Shown: in pieces, positions 49,825 through 60,870 of the stretch
Layout: each line of letters starts with the position of its first letter
How positions within the stretch are numbered: position 1 is the stretch's first letter
Position numbers and translations under genes: made by a program
The notes under the pieces: model-generated
Database searches by the model: none
What the model was told of the DNA's origin: nothing
The model's input: the letters and a program-made list of their open reading frames with translations, nothing else
From: Planctomycetes bacterium UBA1146
Lineage (GTDB): Bacteria; Planctomycetota; UBA8108; UBA1146
DNA length: 64,000 nucleotides
NCBI GenBank assembly: GCA_002311345.1
Contig: DCAA01000043.1
Coordinates: forward strand, 6,177 to 70,176
Direction of reading: 5' to 3'

Positions 49825-51243
49825 TCACACCAGCGCAGACTCGTCGAAATTCTCGAGGTTCTGCTTCACCTGGGCCATGAACTGATCCGCGAGGGCTCCA
49901 TCGACGAGGCGATGATCGTAGGAAAGACACATGTAGAGCATGTCCCGGATGGCAATCTTGTCCTCATCGACTACGACCGGACGCTTCTGGATGGCGCCGA
50001 TGCCGAGGATCGCCACCTGTGGTTGATTGATGATGGGGATTCCGAACAGACCACCGAACTGTCCCGGATTGGTGAGGGTGAAGGTACCTCCGGCGACCTC
50101 GTCGGGCTGTAACTGTTTGTTACGAGCACGCTGCGCCAGATCGGTTACCGCTTTCTGGATCCCGGCGACGCTCAGATTCTGGACATCCTTGATGACGGGA
50201 ACGATCAGGCCATTCTCGAGAGACACGGCGATGCCGATGTGGATGCGATGGTGAATCAGGATCTCGTCGCCATCGATGGATGCATTGACGTGGGGATAGG
50301 CGCGCAGGGCGTCGCCACAGGCCTTGAGAAAGAAGGGCGTGATGGTCAACTTGTTGCCATTACGGCGCTGGAAATCGTCCCGGTGCTTGGCACGCATCTG
50401 AGTGATGGCGGTCATGTCTGCCTCGAAGACCGAATGTACGTGGGCGGAGGTGCGACGGGAGTCGACCATGTGCTCGGCGATCTTGCGTCTCATCACCGAC
50501 ATCTTCTCGACCGTGACAGCGTCTCTTGGCAATCCCAGCGATGGCAGTACCGACGGCGCAGCGCCTCCAGCAGTGGCCGCGGCGGGAGTCGCCACGGCGC
50601 CTTTCCCGGCGGATTCTATGAAGCCGAGAATGTCGCCTTTCGTCACCCTGCCCCCAGCACCGGTCGCCGAGATCATCGAGAGATCGGAGATGCCGTGTTC
50701 CCGAGCGATGCGTCGCACGAGAGGGGAGGAGCGCACCTTGTGCTCGACTCCGTCGGAAGTTTTCGCTGGAGAATCCTGAATCGTTTCCACCTCCGCTGCC
50801 GGGGGAGTGGCTTCCGGGATTTCCTCGCTCACCGATTCGACGTCAGCCTCCGCGGAAGGTGCTGACTCGGCGGCAGCAACCGGAGTCGTGGTCACCACCT
50901 CGGCTTCGCTCGATCCGATCCGCGCCACGACCGTGTTCACTTCCACCGTCGTGCCCTCCTCGACAAGGATCTCCGCGAGGATTCCGCTGGTAGGAGCTGG
51001 CACCTCGGCATCGACCTTGTCGGTGGAGATCTCGAATAGCGGTTCGTCGCGCTCGACACTGTCACCTAGTTTCTTGAACCAGCGAGTCAGTGTCCCCTCC
51101 GCGATGGATTCGCCCATCTGTGGCATCGTGACTTCGGTAGCCATGACCGTATTTCCTCCTGCACGGGGATTCGTGGCCCACGCCACGGAATTGAGAAGTC
51201 TACCCGCAGAGCGAGGTTCGATGAAGTGAACCCCGGCACCCAA
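49825..51243 (-). CDS. Dihydrolipoamide acyltransferase (E2) of a 2-oxoacid dehydrogenase complex
   Basis: An N-terminal lipoyl domain (EISTDKVDAEV) is followed by an Ala/Pro linker, a subunit-binding domain and the catalytic DHRLVDGA motif. Confidence 0.8.
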   Translation of the reverse strand: MGAGVHFIEPRSAGRLLNSVAWATNPRAGGNTVMATEVTMPQMGESIAEGTLTRWFKKLGDSVERDEPLFEISTDKVDAEVPAPTSGILAEILVEEGTTVEVNTVVARIGSSEAEVVTTTPVAAAESAPSAEADVESVSEEIPEATPPAAEVETIQDSPAKTSDGVEHKVRSSPLVRRIAREHGISDLSMISATGAGGRVTKGDILGFIESAGKGAVATPAAATAGGAAPSVLPSLGLPRDAVTVEKMSVMRRKIAEHMVDSRRTSAHVHSVFEADMTAITQMRAKHRDDFQRRNGNKLTITPFFLKACGDALRAYPHVNASIDGDEILIHHRIHIGIAVSLENGLIVPVIKDVQNLSVAGIQKAVTDLAQRARNKQLQPDEVAGGTFTLTNPGQFGGLFGIPIINQPQVAILGIGAIQKRPVVVDEDKIAIRDMLYMCLSYDHRLVDGALADQFMAQVKQNLENFDESALV

Positions 51244-51367
51244 CCGTATCGAGACGTCGAGGAAGTGGCTACTGAGGGTTAATCCCCGATGTCGAGGGGG
51301 TCGTTTTCTTCGCGGGACGTGGGGGAAAGGGACCGGTCACTGCCTGAAAATGTGCAGCGGAGGATCT

Positions 51368-52345
51368 CTACCAGCTGGCCAGAGAACGGATCGATTCGAG
51401 GATGTCGTCCTCCCCCGGTAGCGATGCATCCTCGAGAGAGGCGGCATAAGGGATGGGAATGTCGAGTGCGGCGAGTCTACGGACCGGAGCGTCGAGATCC
51501 TCGAAGCAGTGTTCAGAGATTCGTGCGGCAATCTCTGCTCCGGCTCCGCCGGTGAGATTGTCCTCATGGATCACCAGAACCTTGCCTGTATTGCGAGCAG
51601 TCTGGTAAATCACATCGAGATCGAGTGGACACAGCGAACGTAGATCCAGGACAGCGCATTCGATTCCTTCCGCCGCTGCACGTTCCGCAGCGGAGTTGCA
51701 GCGATGCAGCATGGCACCCCAGGTGATGATGGAGAGTGCATCGCCCTCGCGCCGCAGTGCTGCGATCCCCGGAGCCAGTGGTTTCGAATTTTCATCCAGT
51801 TCACCCTTGAGTGTCCGGTAGAGCGATTTCTGTTCGAGAAAGATCACCGGATTCGGATCCTCGACCGCGCCGAGCAACATCGTATAGACATCCGCTACCG
51901 TCGCCGGGACCACAACCTTGAGACCAGGAGTGTTGAGAAAAAACGACTCGACCATCTGGCTGTGAAACGGACCGGCGTGAACTCCACCTCCGGAAGGTCC
52001 TCTCACGACGATGGGAACCTCCTGTCCCCAGCGAAAGTGGCAGGTCGCAGCGAAATTGGTCAACTGGTTGAAGGCGCAGGAAATGAAATCGATGAACTGC
52101 ATCTCCACTATCGGTCGCATCCCGGCCATCGCAGATCCGATGGAGGCTCCGATGAGACCGGTCTCGACGATGGGTGTATCGATGACCCGATCCGGTCCCC
52201 ACTTTTCGAGAAAGCCCTGGGTCAACTTGAACGCACCGCCGTAGATGCCGATGTCTTCACCGATCAGAAACGTGCGAGGATCCTCCTCCAGCGCTCTGTT
52301 GAGAGCTCTCCGTAGAGATTCGAGATAGGTGATCTGTTCCGCCAA
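51368..52345 (-). CDS. 2-oxoacid dehydrogenase E1 component β subunit (transketolase-like)
   Basis: This is a 325-aa E1β with a typical N-terminal pyrimidine-binding region and a C-terminal transketolase-like domain. Confidence 0.8.
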   Translation of the reverse strand: MAEQITYLESLRRALNRALEEDPRTFLIGEDIGIYGGAFKLTQGFLEKWGPDRVIDTPIVETGLIGASIGSAMAGMRPIVEMQFIDFISCAFNQLTNFAATCHFRWGQEVPIVVRGPSGGGVHAGPFHSQMVESFFLNTPGLKVVVPATVADVYTMLLGAVEDPNPVIFLEQKSLYRTLKGELDENSKPLAPGIAALRREGDALSIITWGAMLHRCNSAAERAAAEGIECAVLDLRSLCPLDLDVIYQTARNTGKVLVIHEDNLTGGAGAEIAARISEHCFEDLDAPVRRLAALDIPIPYAASLEDASLPGEDDILESIRSLASW

Positions 52346-52356
52346 GAGAACCTCTC

Positions 52357-53772
52357 CTACATATGGATCGCGCCACCGACGAGGCCGTGGGCTGCTTCCA
52401 TCATCCCCTCACCGAGGGTCGGGTGGGGGTGGATGATATGAGCGAGATCTGCAGCAGTACCTTCGAGCCCCAGGATTGCACAGCCCTCGCTGATCAGATC
52501 TGTCGCATGAGGCCCGATGATGTGTATTCCGATGATCTCTCCGTAGCGGGCATCGGCGATGATCTTGAAGAAACCGGGTATCGCCCTGCCTACAATTCCG
52601 GCCTTGCCGAGCGCAGACAGGGGGAACTTGGAGATTTTCAGCTCATGGCCGGCTTCCCGGGCGGCATTCTCGGTCAGTCCGACACTGGCCACCTCCGGGT
52701 GGCAGTAGGTGGCATAGGGAACCCGATCATTGCGGATCGGCTCGGTTTTCAGCCCGGCGATGCTCTCGACGGCGATGATTCCCTCTGCGCTGGCGACGTG
52801 GGCCAGTTGTGCTCTGTCGGCGACGATGTCTCCGATGGCATAGATGTGAGAACGGGTGGTGCTCTGGTTCGGCTGGACCGGGATGAATCCCTGGTCCGTC
52901 TTGATTCCGACCTGGTCCAGTTTCAGGGAGTCGGTCACGGGTTTTCTTCCGACCGCACACAGCAGCATGTCCGCCTCGAGCGTCTCCTCTTCTCCATCTT
53001 CGCTGACCAGAACAACCTCGAGGCCGGAATCGGTGGTCGAGGCCTTCTCGAGCCTGGTGGAGACTCGACTGAGGATTCCCCGCTTTTTGAAAGAACGCAT
53101 CAATTCGGCCGAACACTCGTGATCTTCCACAGGGAGCAAGCGATCAAGAAGTTCGACAAGGACCACCTCGCTGCCAAACGATCTCAGGATGGAGGCGAAC
53201 TCGCATCCGACGGCTCCGGCTCCGAGGACGATGGACTTTTTGGGAATCGATTCGAGGTGAAGGGCCTCATCGCTGGTGATGATCGATGGGATCGAGAAAT
53301 CGAGGAAGCCCGGGCGTGAAGGAACCGAACCTGTGGCCAGGATGATATTCTTGGCCTCGATCAACTGCTCGGTGGATTCATCGCTCACGACCCGGATCGA
53401 ATTGAGACCGTCGAGACGACCGGTCCCTCTCACAGTGGTGACCCCGTTTTTCTTGAGCAGGAACTCGACCCCCTTGGCATTCTTCTGGACGACCTTCTTC
53501 TGGAACGAGAGTACCGCCGGGACATCGACGTTTGCTTCGGGGATGGTGATTCCGAAGTAGGAACTTTCCCTGGCGAGATCGATAACGTGTGCGCTCTGCA
53601 GAAGTGCCTTGGTGGGAATGCACCCGCGGTGGAGACAGGTTCCCCCGGGTTGAGGATCCTTTTCGATCAAAACCGTGGAGAGCCCCAGTTGTCCGGCCCG
53701 GATCGCGGCGACATACCCTCCCGGTCCGCTGCCGATGATCGCCACATCGAAATTGCCGATCTTCTCGACCAT
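52357..53772 (-). CDS. lpdA: Dihydrolipoyl dehydrogenase (E3)
   Basis: FAD-binding GSGPGGYVAA and the redox-active disulfide motif GGTCLHRGCIPTK are present, with a C-terminal HPTL motif. Confidence 0.85.
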   Translation of the reverse strand: MVEKIGNFDVAIIGSGPGGYVAAIRAGQLGLSTVLIEKDPQPGGTCLHRGCIPTKALLQSAHVIDLARESSYFGITIPEANVDVPAVLSFQKKVVQKNAKGVEFLLKKNGVTTVRGTGRLDGLNSIRVVSDESTEQLIEAKNIILATGSVPSRPGFLDFSIPSIITSDEALHLESIPKKSIVLGAGAVGCEFASILRSFGSEVVLVELLDRLLPVEDHECSAELMRSFKKRGILSRVSTRLEKASTTDSGLEVVLVSEDGEEETLEADMLLCAVGRKPVTDSLKLDQVGIKTDQGFIPVQPNQSTTRSHIYAIGDIVADRAQLAHVASAEGIIAVESIAGLKTEPIRNDRVPYATYCHPEVASVGLTENAAREAGHELKISKFPLSALGKAGIVGRAIPGFFKIIADARYGEIIGIHIIGPHATDLISEGCAILGLEGTAADLAHIIHPHPTLGEGMMEAAHGLVGGAIHM

Positions 53773-54073
53773 CTCTCGGATGTCCTTCCTGCTGCGTCCT
53801 GTCGGTCCTGTTGTGCCCGAGAGGGTGTCCTCACGCTACCGGGCAGGCTTTGAGGTTGGTTTCAAAGCCCTTGCCCCGCTGGCGAGGCCGCAGGACGCAA
53901 GGCTGGACGATACCCTGTTTTGACCGGCGCCATCCACCAAAGCGAGACCTGATCGGTCACGTTGAATGGGACCCTGCTCCACTCTAGAATAGTTGAAAAC
54001 CGGTGCCTTCCTGCTTCGAAAGGCCCCGGGCGCCTTCCGAGCCGTAGGGGCTTCATCACCGGTCAGGACCAGT

Positions 54074-56236
54074 ATGTCGACCCAGAGCCAGCACTCTTCA
54101 CGTCCGCGCGGCAGACCTCGCAAGTCAGCCACGGATAAGATCAACATCCACGGTCTCGATGCTTCCGAGTTACTTGCCATCTACCGGAACATGTTCATGA
54201 GCCGGGAGATCGATGATGAAGAGATTCGCCTCAAGGCAAAGGGGCAGATCTTCTTCCAGATCAATGGCTGTGGTCATGAGGCGATCAATACAGCGCTCGG
54301 AATGGTACTCGAACCGGGCAGGGACTGGTTCTTCCCTTACTACCGGGATCGGGCGTTGATGCTGAAACTCGGTCTGACTCCGGTCGAGATGTTCAAGTCG
54401 GCGACCGCGGCCCTTGATGCACCTTCTAGCGCTGGCCGGCAGATGCCTTCGCACTGGGGCAGCGAAGAACTCCAGGTCGTTAGCCAGTCCTCCTGCACAG
54501 GAAGTCAATGCCTCCACGCGGTTGGATGTGCCGAGGCGTGGTCCAAGGGGGCGGACAACGAAGCGCTGCGAGATCGGATGCGGAACTGGTCAGAGGGAGA
54601 GATCGCGTTTGTTTCGGTGGGAGAAGGGGCCACCAGCGAGGGAGAGTTCTGGGAGTCACTGAATACTGCCTGCACCCTCGATCTGCCGGTTCTGTTCGTG
54701 GTCGAGGACAATGGGTATGCCATCAGTGTCCCGGTCGAGGTGAATACTCCGGGAGGTTCCATCTCGAATCTGGTGCTGGGCTTTCCTGGGCTCGATGTTC
54801 ACGAGGTAGACGGTTGTGATCCACTGGTGTGCTATTCGTTGCTCCAGTCCGTGGTGGCGGATATGCGTACGGGCAACGGCCCCGCGCTGGTCCATGCTCA
54901 TGTCGTGAGACCTTACAGTCACAGCCTTTCCGATGATGAACGTGCCTACCGACCCCCGGCGGAGCGGGAAGAAGAGGCGTTGAGAGATCCCCTTCGGACA
55001 TTTCCCGAGTTCCTGAAAGAACATGGGGTCGCTGACGAGGCGACCCTCGAGCAGATCCGTGAAGAGGTCAGGGCAGAGGTCCGCACAGCCTCCGACGAGG
55101 CGATGACAGTTCCCCAGGCGGATCCGGAAACGGTACTCGACCACGTCTACTCGATGGACGTGGATCCCACCTGTTCCGATTTCGAAACCGAAATGTCTCC
55201 GGTAGATGGGGCACAGCCGACCACGATGGTCGATCTGATCAACGCTGCCATGCGAGACGAGATGCGCCGGGATCCGACCATTCACATCTTCGGCCAGGAC
55301 GTTGCCGATGCCAGTCGAACCGAGGTGCTCGATGAGGTGAAGGGCAAGGGCGGGGTCTTCAAGGTGACCGCAGGTTTGCAGAGAGAATTCGGTTCGCAAC
55401 GGGTCTACAACTCTCCGCTGGCCGAAGCGAATATCGTTGGGCGCGCCATCGGAATGGCGCTTCGTGGTCTCAAGCCTGTCGTCGAGATTCAGTTTCTCGA
55501 TTACATCTGGCCCGCTTTTCACCAGATCCGTTCCGAACTTGCACTGTTGCGCTGGCGATCGGCTGGAGCGGACAGTTGCCCTGTTGTCATACGGGTTGCC
55601 AGTGGTGGTTACCTACGTGGTGGTTCGATCTACCACAGTCAGTCTGCAGAGACGATTTTCACACACACTCCCGGTCTACGTGTCGTGATGCCGAGCAATG
55701 CGACCGATGCCAACGGCCTTCTGCGCACTGCAATCCGGTGTGACGATCCGGTGATCTTCCTCGAGCACAAGCATCTTTACCGGCAGACCCACAACAAGGG
55801 TGTCGATCCCGGGCCCGATTACCTGATTCCGCTGGGCAAAGCGGCCCGGGTGCGAACAGGAAACGATCTCACCATCGTCACCTATGGAGCTCTCGTGCAC
55901 CGCTGTGGCATCGCAGCCAAGGAACTGGCCGAGGAAGGGATCGAGGTGGATATTCTCGATCTTCGTTCGTTGGCACCCTATGATTGGGATGCGATCTCAC
56001 AATCGGTGATGCGGACCAATCGGGTTCTCATCGTCCATGAAGAGACGTTATCATGGGGGTACGGCGCTGAGATTGCCGCCAGGATCCAGGATGAGTTGTT
56101 TGACCACCTGGATGCCCCTGTTCGCCGCGTCGGGGCTATGGACTGCTTCGTCGCCTACGCACCCAAGCTGGAAGAAAAGATCCTTCCTCAGCCAGAGAAA
56201 GTGGCACAAGCAGCCAGAAATCTGGCAAGGTATTGA
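54074..56236 (+). CDS. Fused 2-oxoacid dehydrogenase E1 component α–β (TPP-dependent)
   Basis: The N-terminal half is an E1α TPP-binding domain and the C-terminal half is E1β transketolase-like, in one ORF. I chose the ATG at 54074 with an AGGA SD over the ORF-track TTG at 53993. Confidence 0.75.
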   Translation: MSTQSQHSSRPRGRPRKSATDKINIHGLDASELLAIYRNMFMSREIDDEEIRLKAKGQIFFQINGCGHEAINTALGMVLEPGRDWFFPYYRDRALMLKLGLTPVEMFKSATAALDAPSSAGRQMPSHWGSEELQVVSQSSCTGSQCLHAVGCAEAWSKGADNEALRDRMRNWSEGEIAFVSVGEGATSEGEFWESLNTACTLDLPVLFVVEDNGYAISVPVEVNTPGGSISNLVLGFPGLDVHEVDGCDPLVCYSLLQSVVADMRTGNGPALVHAHVVRPYSHSLSDDERAYRPPAEREEEALRDPLRTFPEFLKEHGVADEATLEQIREEVRAEVRTASDEAMTVPQADPETVLDHVYSMDVDPTCSDFETEMSPVDGAQPTTMVDLINAAMRDEMRRDPTIHIFGQDVADASRTEVLDEVKGKGGVFKVTAGLQREFGSQRVYNSPLAEANIVGRAIGMALRGLKPVVEIQFLDYIWPAFHQIRSELALLRWRSAGADSCPVVIRVASGGYLRGGSIYHSQSAETIFTHTPGLRVVMPSNATDANGLLRTAIRCDDPVIFLEHKHLYRQTHNKGVDPGPDYLIPLGKAARVRTGNDLTIVTYGALVHRCGIAAKELAEEGIEVDILDLRSLAPYDWDAISQSVMRTNRVLIVHEETLSWGYGAEIAARIQDELFDHLDAPVRRVGAMDCFVAYAPKLEEKILPQPEKVAQAARNLARY

Positions 56237-56307
56237 GTCTGTTCGGGAAGCCACGCCGCAAGGACTCCCGATGCAACAGATGGCCGTATATCGGCTAAGG
56301 AGAGCAC

Positions 56308-58350
56308 GTGCGAGAAAAGAACCTTCCCGACCAGGAACCTGAATCGGAAGAAAACGGCGAATCACAACGAGGGCGCTGGACCCAGCGCCCGTGGTTCTGG
56401 TTTTTCCTCATGTTGTTACTGGTGGTCACCACCATGAACTATTTCGCGGGGGGGGTCGGTGGTGGAGCCTTCGAGGTGTCATCCTCCAGGCTTTTCGAAG
56501 AAGCACGCAAGGGCAACATCGAGACGTTGGAAGAGCCAGAACTCGATGTCTTTGTCGCGCAATTGCGGGTTCCCGTGCAGGTAACCGTGACAGATTTCGG
56601 TGGCGAGAAGTTTGAGAAGGCGAGCCGATTGCGTGCGACAATTCCTCCTGCTCTCAAGGGGCAGTTGTTCGAGGTTGCTTCGGATCGAGCTGAAGTTCTG
56701 TTCAAGGCGACATCGGTGCCTGCCTGGCAGGTGTTCGTCGGAGGTCTGCTCCCCATCGTTATCCTGGTCGCTTTCTTCTGGTGGATCAGTAACCGTGTAC
56801 GTCGTCAGATGGGTGGACCGGGTTTCTTTGGAAAGTTCGCTGGAAATCAGGCGAAACGATTCGAGCGAGGAGAAGAATCCATCTCCTTCGATGACGTGGC
56901 TGGTTTACGAAACGTGAAATTGGAGTTGCAGGAGATCGTCGATTTCCTCAAAGAGCCGGATCGGTTCACCCAACTCGGGGCGAAGATCCCCAAGGGCGTG
57001 CTACTGGTGGGTCCTCCAGGAACGGGAAAAACCCTGCTGGCTCGCGCCGTTGCAGGAGAAGCGGATGTCCCCTTCTTTTCCATCTCGGGGTCGGAATTCA
57101 TCGAGTTGTTCGTGGGTGTGGGAGCCTCCCGGGTCCGTGAATTGTTCGAAGAGGCCAAGAAAAATGCCCCCTGCATCATTTTCATCGATGAGATCGATGC
57201 TGTCGGAAGATCCCGCGGCGCTGGTCTCGGTGGAGGGCACGACGAACGTGAACAGACACTCAACCAGATCCTGTCGGAGATGGACGGATTCGAAAGGAAT
57301 CAGGCGGTGATCGTTCTTGCCGCGACCAACCGGCCCGATGTCCTCGATGCGGCACTGGTGAGGCCTGGAAGATTCGATCGGCAGGTAGTGGTAGAACGAC
57401 CCCAGAAGGACGGCCGTCGCGCCATCCTCGAGGTCCATACCCGTCAGATGCCTCTGAGCAGTGAAGTCGATCTGGACATTCTCGCTCGCGGCACCATCGG
57501 ATTTTCTGGCGCCGACCTGGAGAACCTCGCCAATGAGGCCGCACTGACGGCGGCCCGGAGTGGTCATCAGCGGATCACCCATGAGGACTTCAATCGGGCC
57601 AAGGACAAGATCCAGCTCGGCACCCTCAGGGATGAGGCGATGAGTGAACGAGAGAAGGAACTGACTGCTTACCACGAAGCTGGCCATGCTCTCATCGCGT
57701 TGCTGCTTCCTGAAACCGATCCCGTGCATTCGGTGACCATCGTTCCGAGGGGACGTGCCCTCGGAGTGACCCAGCAGCTGCCGATCGAAGAAACCCATAA
57801 TTATTCACGAACCTACTTGCTCAACAGAATCGCGATTCTTCTGGGAGGTCGAGCTGCGGAGGATCTGGTCTTCAACGAGTTCACCACCGGTGCCCAGAAT
57901 GACCTGGAGCAGGCAACCAATCTTGCCGAACGGATGATCTGCCTCTGGGGGATGAGCGACAAGATCGGTCCCGTCTCTTTCAAGCGAGGAGAGGAACACG
58001 TGTTCCTGGGCCGAGAACTGGGGGAGACCAGTCACTATAGCGAGCACACGGCGATGCTCATCGATGATGAGATCCGAGCGATGCTCGAACATGGTTATCA
58101 AAGGGCCCTGAAGATTCTCGGTGAGTCACGGGAGAAGCTCGAGGTGTTGACCCGGGAACTGATCGAGAAGGAAGTCCTTACCGATCGGGAGATCTACGAG
58201 TTGATGGAGATTCCGATTCCGCAGTCGCTGCTCGATACCCTCACCGGGTCCCGTGACAAGGACGACCCGCAAGCCTCGACCGATTCGGAGCAGAAACCGT
58301 CCATTTCTCCCGATATCGATCCAGGATTACTGGGCCTGGAAGGCGCATAG
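56308..58350 (+). CDS. ftsH: ATP-dependent zinc metalloprotease FtsH
   Basis: Two N-terminal TM helices, AAA Walker [19 protein letters not shown], the second region of homology (SRH), and the zinc-binding HEAGHAL motif. Confidence 0.9.
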   Translation: MREKNLPDQEPESEENGESQRGRWTQRPWFWFFLMLLLVVTTMNYFAGGVGGGAFEVSSSRLFEEARKGNIETLEEPELDVFVAQLRVPVQVTVTDFGGEKFEKASRLRATIPPALKGQLFEVASDRAEVLFKATSVPAWQVFVGGLLPIVILVAFFWWISNRVRRQMGGPGFFGKFAGNQAKRFERGEESISFDDVAGLRNVKLELQEIVDFLKEPDRFTQLGAKIPKGVLLVGPPGTGKTLLARAVAGEADVPFFSISGSEFIELFVGVGASRVRELFEEAKKNAPCIIFIDEIDAVGRSRGAGLGGGHDEREQTLNQILSEMDGFERNQAVIVLAATNRPDVLDAALVRPGRFDRQVVVERPQKDGRRAILEVHTRQMPLSSEVDLDILARGTIGFSGADLENLANEAALTAARSGHQRITHEDFNRAKDKIQLGTLRDEAMSEREKELTAYHEAGHALIALLLPETDPVHSVTIVPRGRALGVTQQLPIEETHNYSRTYLLNRIAILLGGRAAEDLVFNEFTTGAQNDLEQATNLAERMICLWGMSDKIGPVSFKRGEEHVFLGRELGETSHYSEHTAMLIDDEIRAMLEHGYQRALKILGESREKLEVLTRELIEKEVLTDREIYELMEIPIPQSLLDTLTGSRDKDDPQASTDSEQKPSISPDIDPGLLGLEGA

Positions 58351-58405
58351 CGACCCGGGACCTGCCGATCTCCACGTATCCATGACTCCACTGTTGTAAC
58401 TGGAG

Positions 58406-60196
58406 TTGCTGGGTTGCAACCCAAACACGGCCCGTGCAGCATCGATCCCAGGGGATGGCATCGTGATCAGTGGGCGCTTCGGAGATGAGTTGTCGTCATC
58501 GGGTGATTTCCCGTGGATGCGCGAACAGACCGACGACGAAGTCGAATTTCGCCTCGAGCGTCTCCAGCAACTCAGCAGCCTGTTTGCCGGTGATTCTCGA
58601 TTCCCCTCCACCACATTGATCTCGCCCGAGGCACAAGGAACCGAATTCTTCGAGGACGGAATGACGCTCGATCGTTGCATCGCGCGCACCACTCCCGACC
58701 CAGAACGTAACTGGGAGGTACTGTTACCGGGAGGACTTCGAACCCTGGTGGGGTACTTTGCGGATCTGGCACGGTTGCTGGCAGTTCTCAACGAGGAGGG
58801 GATCCCGATCCTCGCTCTCTCGCCACAGGCGGTCGTCCTTGGTCACGGCGGTGGGTTGCTGTTGCGCGCAGACCGGGTTTCTCCCGATCTCGTCGAAAAC
58901 ATCGATGAACTGGCGAGCAGGATTGCTCCCGAAATACTGCTCTCGACCCGGATTCCTCCGACAGACGAGTGTCAGATCGTTTATGCGTTGGCAGCACTCA
59001 TCCACGAGTGCGCTCTGGGTCGTCCGCCCTGGGCGGGTCGGGCAGCCACCGAGGTTGCTGACCGGATCTTGTCCGGGGTCGCCATCGTTGATCGGACCGA
59101 TATCGTTCTGGATCCGCCCGGACTGCTGGGCCTGCTGAGGGATTCCCTTTCACTCGATCCGCAGGGAAGACCCGCCAGCCTGCGAGGGTTCGCGAGCATG
59201 CTTGATGCGGTTCGTGACGGGGCTCGCCCTCGTGCCCAGCGTCGCACTTCGGAAGTTGATTCAGGCCGCAACCAGAGGCGCTGGCAGAAGGCCGCAGTGG
59301 TGGTCTCGTTGTTGCTATTTGCCGGCTTCATCGGTCGATTTACTGTTCATGAGCCGATCCTCGAGGATCTGATCAAGGATCTATCTGCTGCGATGCTGGT
59401 GAGACCGTTGCCGGTCCACGCTGAGGATACTCCTGTCGATCCTCTCGGCAGGACGCTGCTAGAACTCCACGGAGAATCGGCGAGTGCGCTTCATCGGGCG
59501 ACTCGGGTCCAGAGAGAACTGGCGTGGGTCGCTCTGCGTGCGGGGAAACTGCAGCAGGCTCGTCGAGCGGCCCGTTTTGCAGTTCAGACCGATCCGATCC
59601 GTCCCGGACCGTGGGTGATTCTGGGGATCGCAGCCCTGGAGCAAGGAGACCGGGCCGGGAGCATCGAACTGGAACGCGGGCTGTCGCTTGCACCGCTCGA
59701 TCTGTTCGATCGCTGGAGCATCGCTGCAGGTCAGTTCTATCTGCTTCGATTTGATGATGCCGTAACGACCCTCGCCACCATCATCGAAACCACTCCTGGC
59801 GATGCCGATGCCTGGTTTCACCATGCGCTGGCTCTGCTGCGCTCCGGGGATCATCTCAGTGCTTCGAATTCACTCGCTCGATCGCGTCAGATTCGTCCGC
59901 TCGATGGCTGGATCGACTGGTTGTCAGCGGAGATTGCACTGACCGAAGGACGTGAAGGGGAGGTGCGACGGATCCTGGAGGAGGCGACCGCTCGATTCTC
60001 CGCCTCCAAGGCGCTGGCATTGCGCGCTGGATCACTGTGGGACCGACTTGGCGATGCTCCTCGTTCGCGTGAATGGATCCGTAGGGCCGATTCTGATCGG
60101 CCCGATTCTCCCCACCGGGAATGGAGAGATGGAGGCAGAATCGTCGAGGAGAGGCGTGCTCTGTTGCTGCTTGGCCCTCCCTTTCCTCCCGAATAG
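58406..60196 (+). CDS. Membrane-anchored pseudokinase-like domain protein with periplasmic TPR repeats
   Basis: Kinase C-lobe-like features are present (RIAPEILL, ALAALIHECALGRPPWAG), but HRD and DFG are replaced (LALSPQAVVLG) and there is no glycine loop. A TM helix (VVVSLLLFAGFIG) follows, then TPR-like repeats. The start is uncertain among TTG 58406, GTG 58463 and ATG 58517. Confidence 0.5.
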   Translation: MLGCNPNTARAASIPGDGIVISGRFGDELSSSGDFPWMREQTDDEVEFRLERLQQLSSLFAGDSRFPSTTLISPEAQGTEFFEDGMTLDRCIARTTPDPERNWEVLLPGGLRTLVGYFADLARLLAVLNEEGIPILALSPQAVVLGHGGGLLLRADRVSPDLVENIDELASRIAPEILLSTRIPPTDECQIVYALAALIHECALGRPPWAGRAATEVADRILSGVAIVDRTDIVLDPPGLLGLLRDSLSLDPQGRPASLRGFASMLDAVRDGARPRAQRRTSEVDSGRNQRRWQKAAVVVSLLLFAGFIGRFTVHEPILEDLIKDLSAAMLVRPLPVHAEDTPVDPLGRTLLELHGESASALHRATRVQRELAWVALRAGKLQQARRAARFAVQTDPIRPGPWVILGIAALEQGDRAGSIELERGLSLAPLDLFDRWSIAAGQFYLLRFDDAVTTLATIIETTPGDADAWFHHALALLRSGDHLSASNSLARSRQIRPLDGWIDWLSAEIALTEGREGEVRRILEEATARFSASKALALRAGSLWDRLGDAPRSREWIRRADSDRPDSPHREWRDGGRIVEERRALLLLGPPFPPE

Positions 60197-60290
60197 TCGT
60201 GAATAAAGGCTCTTCAAGAGCGTCATCCCCCTCGACAGGGAAGCAGGACGCAATCTGGTGTCCTCATCGCTGTCGAGAAAGGGGTCGATC

Positions 60291-60803
60291 ATGTCGATGC
60301 GAACCTTGCTGAGTGTGCTGTTCTTGATCTCGACTTCGCTGCTGGCCTCTCCATCCGTGGCAGAAGCTGGCCTATCGAAGAGAGCATCTGCAGCCAAGAG
60401 AGCCGCTGCAGCGAAGAGTTGCAGACAGCTCGCTGTTCGTGGTTGCTCTTTGCATGATCACGAACATGTGATTTCTGCCGGGATCTCCCACTTCAACAGG
60501 AGAGGGTCGTGCTTACGGCGACTCAACGGTGGAATCACCCAGATCTGGAGACCGGCGACGAGCCGGATCGAGTATCGAACAGTGCCCGGTACGCCCCGCT
60601 TCCGGACGGTGACACGTTACCGGACTATCGTGAGATGTGGAGTCCGGATCCGCATTCCCTACTGCAAAACGATCAAGATTCCCGGCACCGCGCGCAGGAT
60701 CGCCCAGCGAGTTCACGTACCCGGAGCCTGGGTACTGCACAAGCCGGTCTGCAGTCCCCGATACGGATCACGGTTCAGTTTCCTGCAGTACCCACGGAAC
60801 TAG
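60291..60803 (+). CDS. Hypothetical secreted basic protein with 6 Cys
   Basis: It has a signal peptide (MSMRTLLSVLFLISTSLLASPSVAEA), with an AAAGGGG SD 8 nt upstream of the ATG at 60291. A hairpin terminator follows immediately downstream. Confidence 0.4.
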   Translation: MSMRTLLSVLFLISTSLLASPSVAEAGLSKRASAAKRAAAAKSCRQLAVRGCSLHDHEHVISAGISHFNRRGSCLRRLNGGITQIWRPATSRIEYRTVPGTPRFRTVTRYRTIVRCGVRIRIPYCKTIKIPGTARRIAQRVHVPGAWVLHKPVCSPRYGSRFSFLQYPRN

Positions 60804-60822
60804 TTTCCCACCCCCTGTAGTT

Positions 60823-60870
60823 CCCGGGGCCGTCGGCGTTGGCCGTCGGCCCCGGGCCTTTCCTTGCTCC
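60823..60870 (+). terminator. Putative intrinsic terminator hairpin
   Basis: The hairpin is CCCGGGGCCGTCGGC-GTTG-GCCGTCGGCCCCGGG, with 14 of 15 bp paired. It is followed by CCTTTCCTT and starts 20 nt after the stop at 60803. Confidence 0.4.
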
